Of a DNA stretch of 64,000 nucleotides, positions 1 through 12,820 are shown in pieces (within the stretch, counting starts at the first letter, position 1; each line of letters starts with the position of its first letter). A model generated the notes under the pieces. It made no database searches and was not told the origin of the DNA. It saw only the letters and a program-made list of their open reading frames with translations. The stretch is from Eledone cirrhosa. Its lineage: Eukaryota. The stretch lies in the NCBI GenBank assembly GCA_964016885.1, contig OZ024741.1:245706001-245770000 (forward strand), given 5' to 3'. The translations under genes were made by a program, and so were the position numbers.

Positions 1-228
1 GGAAATTATCTCTCCTTGGACGGCTAGAATTTACCTCTCCTTGGACGGCTGAAAATTATCTCCCCTTGGACGGCTGGAAATTATCTCCCCTTGATTTTTT
101 TTACAAATTATCTCCCCCTGATTTTTTTTTACAAATTATCTCCCACAGATTTTTTTTTTACAAATTATCTCCCCCTGATTTTTTTTTACAAATTATCTCC
201 CCCTGATTTTTTTACAAATTATCTCCCC

Positions 229-452
229 TTGGCTGGCTGGAAATTATCTCCCCTTGGAGGCTGGAACTTATCTCCCCTTGGACGGCTAGAAATTACCTCT
301 CCTTGGACGGCTGGAAAATATGTCTCCTTGGACGGCTGGATATTATCTCCCCTTGGACGGCTGGAAATTATCTCCCCTTGGACGGCTGGAAATTATCTCC
401 CCTTGGATGGCTAGATATTACCTCCCCTTGGACGGCTGGAAATTATCTCCCC
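229..452 (+). repeat. 224-bp cassette of 9 ordered A-type variants (representative of about 30 full or partial copies)
   Basis: Fixed order of diagnostic variants: TTGGCTGGCTGG, TTGGAGGCTGGAACTTATC (24 bp), CTAGAAATTACCTCTCC, GGAAAATATGTCTCC, GGATATTATC, consensus monomers, TTGGATGGCTAGATATTACC, consensus. Recurs at 858, 1482, 3370, 3994, 7356, 8439, 10145, 15332, 21668, 22266, 39385, 43165, 44419, 46281, 46905, 50342, 51425, 53131, 58134, 59542, 62424, 62757, 63385 (identical ORF-track entries) and elsewhere. Confidence 0.95.
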
Positions 453-1950
453 TTGATTTTTTTTACAAATTATCTCCCCCTGATTTTTTTTTACAAATTA
501 TCTCCCCCTGATTTTTTTTTACAAATTATCTCCCCCTGATTTTTGTTTACAAATTATCTCCGCCTGATTTTTTTTTTAAAATTATCTCCCCTTGGACGGC
601 TGGAAATTATCTCCCCTTGGACGGCTAGAAATTACCTCTCCTTGGACGGCTGAAAATTATCTCCCCTTGGACGGCTGGAAATTATCTCCCCTTGATTTTT
701 TTACAAATTATCTCCCCCTGATTTTTTTTTTACAAATTATCTCCCCCTGATTTTTTTTTTACAAATTATCTCCCCCTAATTTTTTTTTACAAATTATCTC
801 CCCCTGATTTTTTTTACAAATTATCTCCCCCCTGATTTTTTTACAAATTATCTCCCCTTGGCTGGCTGGAAATTATCTCCCCTTGGAGGCTGGAACTTAT
901 CTCCCCTTGGACGGCTAGAAATTACCTCTCCTTGGACGGCTGGAAAATATGTCTCCTTGGACGGCTGGATATTATCTCCCCTTGGACGGCTGGAAATTAT
1001 CTCCCCTTGGACGGCTGGAAATTATCTCCCCTTGGATGGCTAGATATTACCTCCCCTTGGACGGCTGGAAATTATCTCCCCTTGATTTTTTTTACAAATT
1101 ATCTCCCCCTAATTTTTTTTTACAAATTATCTCCCCCTGATTTTTTTAAAAAAATTATCTCCCCCTGATTTTTGTTTACAAATTATCTCCGCCTGATTTT
1201 TTAAAAAAAATTATCTCCCCTTGGACGGCTGGAAATTATCTCCCCTTGGACGGCTGGAAATTATATCTCCTTGGACGGCTAGAATTTACCTCTCCTTGGA
1301 CGGCTGAAAATTAACTCCCCTTGGACGGCTGGAAATTATCTCCCCTTGATTTTTTTACAAATTATCTCCCCCTGATTTTTTTTTACAAATTATCTCCCCC
1401 TGATTTTTTTTTACAAATTATCTCCCCCTGATTTTTTTTTACAAATTATCTCCCCCTGATTTTTTTACAAATTATCTCACCTTGGCTGGCTGGAAATTAT
1501 CTCCCCTTGGAGGCTGGAACTTATCTCCCCTTGGACGGCTAGAAATTACCTCTCCTTGGACGGCTGGAAAATATGTCTCCTTGGACGGCTGGATATTATC
1601 TCCCCTTGGACGGCTGGAAATTATCTCCCCTTGGACGGCTGGAAATTATCTCCCCTTGGATGGCTAGATATTACCTCCCCTTGGACGGCTGGAAATTATC
1701 TCCCCTTGATTTTGTTTACAAATTATCTCCCCCTGATTTTTTTTTACAAATTATCTCCCCCTGATTTTTTTTTACAAATTATCTCCCCCTGATTTTTGTT
1801 TACAAATTATCTCCGCCTGATTTTTTTTTTTAAATTATCTCCCCTTGGACGGCTGGAAATTATCTCCCCTCGGACGGCTAGAAATTACCTCTCCTTGGAC
1901 GGCTGAAAATTATCTCCCCTTGGACGGCTGGAAATTATCTCCCCTTGATT
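229..1950 (+). repeat. About 624-629 bp higher-order repeat (A9-B5-A4/5-B5/6), about 3 tandem units
   Basis: Cassette starts at 229, 858 and 1482 (spacings 629, 624). Similar spacings at 3370/3994 (624), 21668/22266 (598), 43165/43790/44419 (625, 629), 46281/46905 (624) and 62757/63385 (628). Confidence 0.9.
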
Positions 1951-4900
1951 TTTTTACAAATTATCTCCCCCTGATTTTTTTTTTACAAATTATCTCCCCC
2001 TGATTTTTTTTTAGAAATTATCTACCCCTGATTTTTTTTTACAAATTATCTCCCCCTGATTTTTTTTTACAAATTATCTACCCCTGATTTTTTTTACAAA
2101 TTATCTGCCCCTGATTTTTTTTACAAATTATCTCCCCCTGATTTTTTTTTTACAAATTATCTCCCCCTGATTTTTTTACAAATTATCTCCCCCTGATTTT
2201 TTTTACAAATTATCTCCGCCGGATTTTTTTAAATATTATCTTCCCTTGGCTTGCGGGAAATTATCTCCCCTTGGACGGCTGAAAATTATCTCCCCTTGGA
2301 CGGCTGGAAATTATCTCCCCTTGATTTTTTTTACAAATTATCTCCCCCTGATTTTTTTTTACAAATTATCTCCCCCTGATTTTTTTTACAAATTATCTCC
2401 CCCTGATTTTTTTTTACAAATTATCTCCCCCTGATTTTTTTTACAAATTATCTCCCCCTGATTTTTTTTACAAATTATCTCCCCCTGATTTTTTTTTACA
2501 AATTATCTCCCCCTGATTTTTTTACAAATTATCTCCCCCTGATTTTTTTTACAAATTATCCGCCTGATTTTTTAAAATATTATCTCCCCTTGGACGGCTG
2601 GAAATTATCTGCCCTTGATTTTCTTTTTACAAATTAACTTCCACTGATTTTTTTTACAAATTATCTCCACCTGATTTTTTTAAAAATTATCTCCCCTTGG
2701 AAGGCTGGAAATTATCTCCCCTTGGCTGGAAATTATCTCCCCTTGGACGGCTAGAAATTATCTCTCTTTGGACGGCTGGAAATTATCACCCCTTGAGTTT
2801 TTTACAAATTATCTCCCCCTGATTTTTTTTACAAATCTCCCAGTGATTTTTAAAAAAAAATTATCTTCCCTTCGCTGGCTGGAAATTATCTCCCCTTGGA
2901 CGCTGGAAATTATAGCCCCTTGGAGGGCTGGAAATTATCTTCCCTTGGACGGCTGGAAATTATCTCCCCTTGATTTTTTTTACAAATTATCTCCCCCTGA
3001 TTTTTTTTTATAAATTATCTCCCCCTGATTTTTTTTTACAACTTATCTGCGCCTGATTTTTTTAAAAAAATTATCTCCCCTTGGACGGCTGGAAATTATC
3101 TCCCCTTGGACGGCTGGAAATTATCTCTCCTTGGACGGCTAGAATTTACCTCTCCTTGGACGGCTGAAAATTATCTCCCCTTGGACGGCTGGAAATTATC
3201 TCCCCTTGATTTTTTTTTCAAATTATCTCCCCCTGATTTTTTTTTACAAATTATCTCCCCCTGATTTTTTTTTACAAATTATCTCCCCCTGATTTTTTTT
3301 TACAAATTATCTCCCCCTGATTTTTTTTACAAATTATCTCCCCCTGATTTTTTTACAAATTATCTCCCCTTGGCTGGCTGGAAATTATCTCCCCTTGGAG
3401 GCTGGAACTTATCTCCCCTTGGACGGCTAGAAATTACCTCTCCTTGGACGGCTGGAAAATATGTCTCCTTGGACGGCTGGATATTATCTCACCTTGGACG
3501 GCTGGAAATTATCTCCCCTTGGACGGCTGGAAATTATCTCCCCTTGGATGGCTAGATATTACCTCCCCTTGGACGGCTGGAAATTATCTCCCCTTGATTT
3601 TTTTTACAAATTATCTCCCCCTGATTTTTTTTTACAAATTATCTCCCCCTGATTTTTTTTAAAAAATTATCTCCCCCTGATTTTTGTTTACAAATTATCT
3701 CCGCCTGATTTTTTTTAAAAAATTATCTCCCCTTGGACGGCTGGAAATTATCTCCCCTTGGACGGCTGGAAATTATATCTCCTTGGACGGCTAGAATTTA
3801 CCTCTCCTTGGACGGCTAAAAATTATCTCCCCTTGGACGGCTGGAAATTATCTCCCCTTGATTTTTTTTACAAATTATCTCCCCCTGATTTTTTTTTACA
3901 AATTATCTCCCCCTGATTTTTTTTTACAAATTATCTCCCCCTGATTTTTTTTTACAAATTATCTCCCCTGATTTTTTTACAAATTATCTCCCCTTGGCTG
4001 GCTGGAAATTATCTCCCCTTGGAGGCTGGAACTTATCTCCCCTTGGACGGCTAGAAATTACCTCTCCTTGGACGGCTGGAAAATATGTCTCCTTGGACGG
4101 CTGGATATTATCTCCCCTTGGACGGCTGGAAATTATCTCCCCTTGGACGGCTGGAAATTATCTCCCCTTGGATGGCTAGATATTACCTCCCCTTGGACGG
4201 CTGGAAATTATCTCCCCTTGATTTTTTTTACAAATTATCTCCCCCTGATTTTTTTTTACAAATTATCTCCCCCTGATTTTTTTTTACAAATTATCTCCCC
4301 CTGATTTTTTTTAAAATTATTTCCCCTTGGACCGCTGGAAATTATCTCCCCTTGGACGGCTAGAAATTACCTCTCCTTGGACGGCTGAAAATTATCTCCC
4401 CTTGGACGGCTGGAAATTATCTCCCCTTGATTTTTTTTACAAATTATCTCCCCCTGATTTTTTTTTACAAATTATCTCCCCCTGATTTTTTTTACAAATT
4501 ATCTCCCCCTGATTTTTTTTACAAATTATCTCCCCCTGATTTTTTTTACAAATTATCTCCCCCTGATTTTTTTTACAAATTATCTCCCCCTGATTTTTTT
4601 ACAAATTATCTCCCCCTGATTTTTTTTACAAATTATCTCCGCCTGATTTTTTAAAATATTATCTTCCCTTGGCTGGCGGGAAATTATCTCCCCTTGGACG
4701 GCTGGAAATTATCTGCCCTTGATTTTCTTTTTACAAATTAACTTCCACTGATTTTTTTTACAAATTATCTCCACCTGATTTTTTAAAAAATTATCTCTCC
4801 TTGCAAGGCTGGAAATTATCTCCCCTTGGCTGGAAATTATCTCCCCTTGGACGGCTAGAAATTATCTCTCTTTGGACGGCTGGAAATTATCACCCCTTGA

Positions 4901-5479
4901 GTTTTTTACAAATTATCTCCCCCTGATTTTTTTTACAAATCTCCCAGTGATTTTTAAAAAAAAATTATCTTCCCTTCGCTGGCTGGAAATTATCTCCCCT
5001 TGGACGCTGGAAATTATAGCCCCTTGGAGGGCTGGAAATTATCTTCCCTTGGACGGCTGGAAATTATCTCCCCTTGATTTTTTTTACAAATTATCTCCCC
5101 CTGATTTTTTTTTACAAATTATCTCCCCCTGATTTTTTTTTACAACTTATCTGCGCCTGATTTTTTTAAAAAAATTATCTCCCCTTGGACGGCTGGAAAT
5201 TATCTCCCCTTGGACGGCTGGAAATTATCTCTCCTTGGACGGCTAGAATTTACCTCTCCTTGGACGGCTGAAAATTATCTCCCCTTGGACGGCTGGAAAT
5301 TATCTCCCCTTGATTTTTTTTACAAATTATCTCCCCCTGATTTTTTTTTACAAATTATCTCCCCCTGATTTTTTTTTACAAATTATCTCCCCCTGATTTT
5401 TTTTACAAATTATCTCCCTCTGATTTTTTTTACAAATTATCTCCCCCTGATTTTTTTTTACAAATTATCTCCCCCTGAT

Positions 5480-8400
5480 TTTTTTTTTACAAATTATCTC
5501 CGCCTGATTTTTTTTTAAAAATTACCTCCCCTTGGACGGCTGGAAATTATCTCCCCTTGGACGGCTGGAAATTATCTCCCCTTGGACGGCTAGAAATTAT
5601 CTCTCCTTGGACGGCTGAAAATTATCTCCCCTTGGACGGCTGCAAATTATCTCCCCTTGATTTTTTTTACAAATTATCTCCCCCTGATTTTTTTTACAAA
5701 TTATCTCCCCCTGATTTTTTTTACAAATTATCTACCCCTGATTTTTTTTACAAATTATCTCCCCCTGATTTTTTTTTACAAATTATCTCCCCCTGATTTT
5801 TTTTTACAAATTATCTCCCCCTGATTTTTTTTTTACAAATTATCTCCCCCTGATTTTTTTACAAAGTATCTCCGCCTGATTTTTTTAAAAATTATCTTCC
5901 CTTGGCTGGCGGGAAATTATCTCCCCTTGGACGGCTGGAAATTATCTCCCCTTGGAAGGATGGAAATTATCTCCCCTTGGACGGCTGGAAATTATCTCCC
6001 CTTGCACGGCTGGAAATTATCTCCCCTTGGACGGCTAGAAATTATCTCTCTTTGGACGGCTGGAAATTATCTCCCTTTGATTTTTTTTACAAATTATCTC
6101 CCTCTGATTTTTTTTACGAATCTCCCCCTGATTTTTTAAAAAAAATTATCTCCCCTTCGCTGGCTGGAAATTATCTCCCCTTGGACACTGGAAATTATAG
6201 CCCCTTGGAGGGCTAGAAATTATCTTCCCTTGGACGGCTGGAAATTATCTCCCCCTGATTTTTTTTACAAATTATCTCCGCCTTATTTTTTTAAAAAGTT
6301 ATCTCTCCTTGGACGGCTGGAAATTATCTCCCCTTGATTTTTTTTACAAATAATCTCCCCCTGATTTTTTTTTACAAATTATCTCCCCCTGATTTTTTTT
6401 TACAAATTATCTACCCCTGATTTTTTTTTACAAATTATCTCCCCCTGATTTTTGTTACAAATTATCTCCCCCTGATTTTTCTTTTACAAATTATCTCCCC
6501 CTGATTTTTTTTACAAATTATCTCCGCCTGATTTTTTTAAATATTATCTTCCCTTGGCTGGCGGGAAATTATCTCCCCTTGGATGGCTGGAAATTATCTG
6601 CCCTTGATTTTCTTTTTACAAATTATCTTCCACTGATTTTTTTTACAAATTATCTCCACCTGATTTTTTAAAAAATTATCTCCCCTTGGAAGGCTGGAAA
6701 TTATCTCCCCTTGGCTGGAAATTATCTCCCCTTGGACGGCTAGAAATTATCTCTCTTTGTACGGCTGGAAATTATCACCCCTTGAGTTTTTTACAAATTA
6801 TCTCCCCCTGATTTTTTTTACAAATCTCCCAGTGTTTTTTAAAAAAAATTATCTCCCCTTCGCTGGCTGGAAATTATCTCCACTTGGACGCTGGAAATTA
6901 TAGCCCCTTGGAGGGCTGGAAATTATCTTCCCTTGGACGGCTGGAAATTATCTCCCCTTGATTTTTTTTACAAATTATCTCCCCCTGATTTTTTTTTACA
7001 AATTATCTCCCCCTGATTTTTTTTACAACTTATCTGCGCCTGATTTTTTTAAAAAAATTATCTTCCCTTGGACGGCTGGAAATTATCTCCCCTTGGACGG
7101 CTGGAAATTATCTCTCCTTGGACGGCTAGAATTTACCTCTCCTTGGACGGCTGAAAATTATCTCCCCTTGGACGGCTGGAAATTATCTCCCCTTGATTTT
7201 TTTTACAAATTATCTCCCCCTGATTTTTTTTACAAATTATCTGCCCCTGATTTTTTTTTACAAATTATCTCCCCCTGATTTTTTTTTAAAAATTATCTCC
7301 CCCTGATTTTTTTTACAAATTATCTCCCCCTGATTTTTTTACAAATTATCTCCCCTTGGCTGGCTGGAAATTATCTCCCCTTGGAGGCTGGAACTTATGT
7401 CCCCTTGGACGGCTAGAAATTACCTCTCCTTGGACGGCTGGAAAATATGTCTCCTTGGACGGCTGGATATTATCTCCCCTTGGACGGCTGGAAATTATCT
7501 CCCCTTGGACGGCTGGAAATTATCTCCCCTTGGATGGCTAGATATTACCTCCCCTTAGACGGATGGAAATTATCTCCCCTTGATTTTTTTTACAAATTAT
7601 CTCCCCCTGATTTTTTTTTACAAATTATCTCCCCCTGATTTTTTTTTACAAATTTTCTCCCCCTGATTTTTGTTTACAAATTATCTCCGCCTGATTTTTT
7701 TAAAAAAATTATCTCCCCTTGGACGGCTGGAAATTATCTCCCCTTGGACGGCTAGAAATTACCTCTCCTTGGACGGCTGAAAATTATCTCCCCTTGGACG
7801 GCTGGAAATTATCTCCCCTTGATTTTTTTACAAATAATCTCCCCCTGATTTTTTTTTACAAATTATCTCCCCCTGATTTTTTTTTTACAAATTATCTCCC
7901 CCTGATTTTTTTTTACAAATTATCTACCCCTGATTTTTTTTACAAATTATCTCCCCCTGATTTTTTTTACAAATTATCTCCCCCTGATTTTTTTACAAAT
8001 TATCTCCCCCTGATTTTTTTTACAAATTATCTCCGCCTGATTTTTTTAAATATTATCTTCCCTTGGCTGGCGGGAAATTATCTCCCCTTGGACGGCTGAA
8101 AATTATCTCCCCTTGGACGGCTGGAAATTATCTCCCCTTGATTTTTTTTACAAATTATCTCCCCCTGATTTTTTTTTACAAATTATCTCCCCCTGATTTT
8201 TTTACAAATTATCTCCCCCTGATTTTTTTTTACAAATTATCTCCCCCTGATTTTTTTTACAAATTATCTCCCTCTGATTTTTTTACAAATTATCTCCCCC
8301 TGATTTTTTTTTTACAAATTATCTCCCCCTGATTTTTTTTTACAAATTATATCCCCCTGATTTTTTTTTACAAATTATCTCCCCCTGATTTTTTTTACAA

Positions 8401-11400
8401 ATTATCTCCCCCCTGATTTTTTTACAAATTATCTCCCCTTGGCTGGCTGGAAATTATCTCCCCTTGGAGGCTGGAACTTATCTCCCCTTGGACGGCTAGA
8501 AATTACCTCTCCTTGGACGGCTGGAAAATATGTCTCCTTGGACGGCTGGATATTATCTCCCCTTGGACGGCTGGAAATTATCTCCCCTTGGACGGCTGGA
8601 AATTATCTCCCATTGGATGGCTAGATATTACCTCCCCTTGGACGGCTGGAAATTATCTCCCCTTGATCTTTTTACAAATTATCTCCCCCTGATTTTTTTT
8701 TTACAAATTATCTCCCCCTGATTTTTTTTTACAAATTATCTACCCCTGATTTTTTTTTACAAATTATCTCCCCCTGATTTTTTTTACAAATTATCTCCCC
8801 CTGATTTTTTTTTTACAAATTATCTCCCCCTGATTTTTTTACAAATTATCTCCCACTGATTTTTTTTACAAATTATCTCCGCCTGATTTTTTAAATATTA
8901 TCTCTCCTTGGCTGGCGGGAAATTATCTCCCCTTGGACGGCTGGAAATTATCTCCCCTTGGAAGGATGGAAATTATCTCCCCTTGGACGGCTGGAAATTA
9001 TCTACCCCTGATTTTTTTTACAAATTATCTCCCCCTGATTTTTTTTACAAATTATCTCCCCCTGATTTTTTTTACAAATTATCTACCCCTGATTTTTTTT
9101 ACAAATTATCTCCCCCTGATTTTTTTTACAAATTATCTCCCCATGATTTTTCTTTTACAAATTATCTCCCCCTGATTTTTTTACAAATTATCTCCCCCTG
9201 ATTTTTTTTACAAATTATCTCCGCCTGATTTTTTTAAATATTATCCTCCCTTGGCTGGCGGGAAATTATCTCCCCTTGGACGGCTGAAAATTATCTCCCC
9301 TTGGACGGCTGGAAATTATCTCCCCTTGATTTTTTTTACAAATTATCTCCCCCTGATTTTTTTTTACAAATTATCTCCCCCTGATTTTTTTTACAAATTA
9401 TCTCCCCCTGATTTTTTTTTACAAATTATCTCCCCCTGATTTTTTTACAAATTATCTCCCCCTGATTTTTTTTACAAATTATCTCCGCCTGATTTTTTTA
9501 AATATTATCTTCCCTTGGCTGGCGGGAAATTATCTCCCCTTGGACGGCTGGAAATTATCTGCCCTTGATTTTCTTTTTACAAATTATCTTCCACTGATTT
9601 TTTTTACAAATTATCTCCACCTGATTTTTTTAAAAATTATCTCCCCTTCGCTGGCTGGAAATTATCTCCCCTTGGACGCTGGAAATTATAGCCCCTTGGA
9701 GGGCTGGAAATTATCTTCCCTTGGACGGCTGGAAATTATCTCCCCTTGATTTTTTTTACAAATTATCTCCCCCTGATTTTTTTTTACAAATTATCTACCC
9801 CTGATTTTTTTTTACAACTTATCTGCGCCTGATTTTTTTAAAAAAATTATCTTCCCTTGGACGGCTGGAAATTATCTCCCCTTGGACGCTGGAAATTATT
9901 TCTCCTTGGACGGCTAGAATTTACCTCTCCTTGGACGGCTGAAAATTATCTCCCCTTGGACGGCTGGAAATTATCTCCCCTTGATTTTTTTTACAAATTA
10001 TCTCCCCCTGATTTTTTTTTACAAATTATCTCCCCCTGATTTTTTTTTACAAATTATCTCCCCCTGATTTTTTTTTACAAATTATCTCCCCATGATTTTT
10101 TTTACAAATTATCTCCCCCTGATTTTTTTACAAATTATCTCCCCTTGGCTGGCTGGAAATTATCTCCCCTTGGAGGCTGGAACTTATGTCCCCTTGGACG
10201 GCTAGAAATTACCTCTCCTTGGACGGCTGGAAAATATGTCTCCTTGGACGGCTGGATAATATCTCCCCTTGGACGGCTGGAAATTATCTCCCCTTGGACG
10301 GCTGGAAATTATCTCCCCTTGGATGGCTAGATATTACCTCCCCTTGGGCGGCTGGAAATTATCTCCCCTTGATTTTTTTTACAAATTATCTCCCCCTGAT
10401 TTTTTTTTACAAATTATCTCCCCGATTTTTTTTTACAAATTATCTACCCCTGATTTTTTTTTACAAATTATCTCCCCTTGGAAGGCTGGAAATTATCTCC
10501 CCTTCGCTGGCTGGAAATTATCTCCCCTTGGACGCTGGAAATTATAGCCCCTTGGACGGCTAGAAATTATCTCTCTTTGGACGGCTGGAAATTATCACCC
10601 CTTCAGTTTTTTACAAATTATCTCCCCCTGATTTTTTTTACAAATTATCTCCCCCTGATTTTTTTTTACAAATTATCTCCCCCTGATTTTTTTTACAAAT
10701 TATCTCCCCCTGATTTTTTTACAAATTATCTCCCCTTGGCTGGCTGGAAATTACCTCCCCTTGTAGGCTGGAATTTATCTCCTCTTGGACGGCTAGAAAT
10801 TACCTCTCCTTGGACGGCTGGAAAATATGTCTCCTTGGACGGCTGGATATTATCTCCCCTTGGACGGCTGGAAATTATCTCCCCTTGGACGGCTGGAAAT
10901 TATCTCCCCTTGGACGGATAGATATTACCTCCCCTTGGACGGCTGGAAATTATCTCCCCTTGATTTTTTTTTACAATTATCTCCCCCTGATTTTTTTTAC
11001 AAATCTCCCAATGATTTTTAAAAAAAAATTATCTCCCCTTCGCTGGCTGGAAATTATTTCCCCTTGGACGCTGGAAATTATAGCCCCTTGGAGGGCTGGA
11101 AATTATCTTCCCTTGGACGGCTGGAAATTATCTCCCCTTGATTTTTTTTACAAATTATCTCCCCCTGATTTTTTTTTACAAATTATCTCCCCCTGATTTT
11201 TTTTTTACAAATTATCTCCGCCTGATTTTTTTTTTAAAATTACCTGCCCTTGGAGGGCTGGAAATTATCTCCCCTTGGACGGCTGGAAATTATCTCCCCT
11301 TGGACGGCTAGAAATTATCTCTCCTTGGACGGCTGAAAATTATCTCCCCTTGGACGGCTGCAAATTATCTCCCCTTGATTTTTTTTACAAATTATCTCCC

Positions 11401-12820
11401 CCTGATTTTTTTTACAAATTATCTCCCCCTGATTTTTTTTACAAATTATCTACCCCTGATTTTTTTTACAAATTATCTCCCCCTGATTTTTTTTTACAAA
11501 TTATCTCCCCCTGATTTTTTTTTACAAATTATCTCCCCCTGATTTTTTTTTTACAAATTATCTCCCCCTGATTTTTTTACAAAGTATCTCCCCCTGATTT
11601 TTTTACAATCTCCGCCTGATTTTTTTAAAAATTATCTTCCCTTGGCTGGCGGGAAATTATCTCCCCTTGGACGGCTGGAAATTATCTCCCCTTGGAAGGA
11701 TGGAAATTATCTCCCCTTGGACGGCTGGAAATTATCTCCCCTTGCACGGCTGGAAATTATCTCCCCTTGGACGGCTAGAAATTATCTCTCTTTGGACGGC
11801 TGGAAATTATCTCCCTTTGATTTTTTTTACAAATTATCTCCCTCTGATTTTTTCTACAAATCTCCCCCTGATTTTTTTAAAAAAATTATCTCCCCTTCGC
11901 TGGCTGGAAATTATCTCCCCTTGGACACTGGAAATTATAGCCCCTTGGAGGGCTGGAAATTATCTTCCCTTGGACGGCTGGAAATTATCTACCCCTGATT
12001 TTTTTTACAAATTATCTCCACCTTATTTTTTTAAAAAATTATCTCTCCTTGGACGGCTGGAAATTATCTCCCCTTGATTTTTTTTACAAATAATCTCCCC
12101 CTGATTTGTTTTTACAAATTATCTCCCCCTGATTTTTTTTTACAAATTATCTACCCCTGATTTTTTTTTACAAATTATCTCCCCCTGATTTTTTTTACAA
12201 ATTATCTCCCCCTGATTTTTCTTTTACAAATTATCTCCCCCTGATTTTTTTTACAAATTATCTCCGCCTGATTTTTTTAAATATTATCTTCCCTTGGCTG
12301 GCGGGAAATTATCTCCCCTTGGACGGCTGGAAATTATCTGCCCTTGATTTTCTTTTTACAAATTATCTTCCACTGATTTTTTTTACAAATTATCTCCACC
12401 TGATTTTTTAAAAAATTATCTCCCCTTGGAAGGCTGGAAATTATCTCCCCTTGGCTGGAAATTATCTCCCCTTGGACGGCTAGAAATTATCTCTCTTTGT
12501 ACGGCTGGAAATTATCACCCCTTGAGTTTTTTACAAATTATCTCCCCCTGATTTTTTTTACAAATCTCCCAGTGTTTTTTAAAAAAAATTATCTCCCCTT
12601 CGCTGGCTGGAAATTATCTCCCCTTGGACGCTGGAAATTATAGCCCCTTGGAGGGCTGGAAATTATCTTCCCTTGGACGGCTGGAAATTATCTCCCCTTG
12701 ATTTTTTTTACAAATTATCTCCCCCTGATTTTTTTTTACAAATTATCTCCTCCTGATTTTTTTTTACAACTTATCTGCGCCTGATTTTTTTAAAAAAATT
12801 ATCTTCCCTTGGACGGCTGG
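5480..12820 (+). repeat. Dispersed duplication: ~5480-7080 matches ~11200-12820 (offset about 5.7 kb)
   Basis: ORF offsets 5557/11275 (5,718) and 5902/11642 (5,740). Shared markers GCTGCAAA, ACAAAGTATC, TTGCACGG, CCTTATTTT, TTTGTACGG and CCAGTGTTTT occur in the same order. Confidence 0.85.

Noticed and set aside
453-580. Rho-independent or Pol III terminators at T-tracts
   Set aside because: There is no GC hairpin upstream and no associated gene. The tracts are part of monomer B.
4672-4680. Chi-like GCTGGCGG / GCTGGCTGG
   Set aside because: These do not match E. coli Chi (GCTGGTGG) exactly, arise by simple substitution in the A tail, and nothing indicates a bacterial context.
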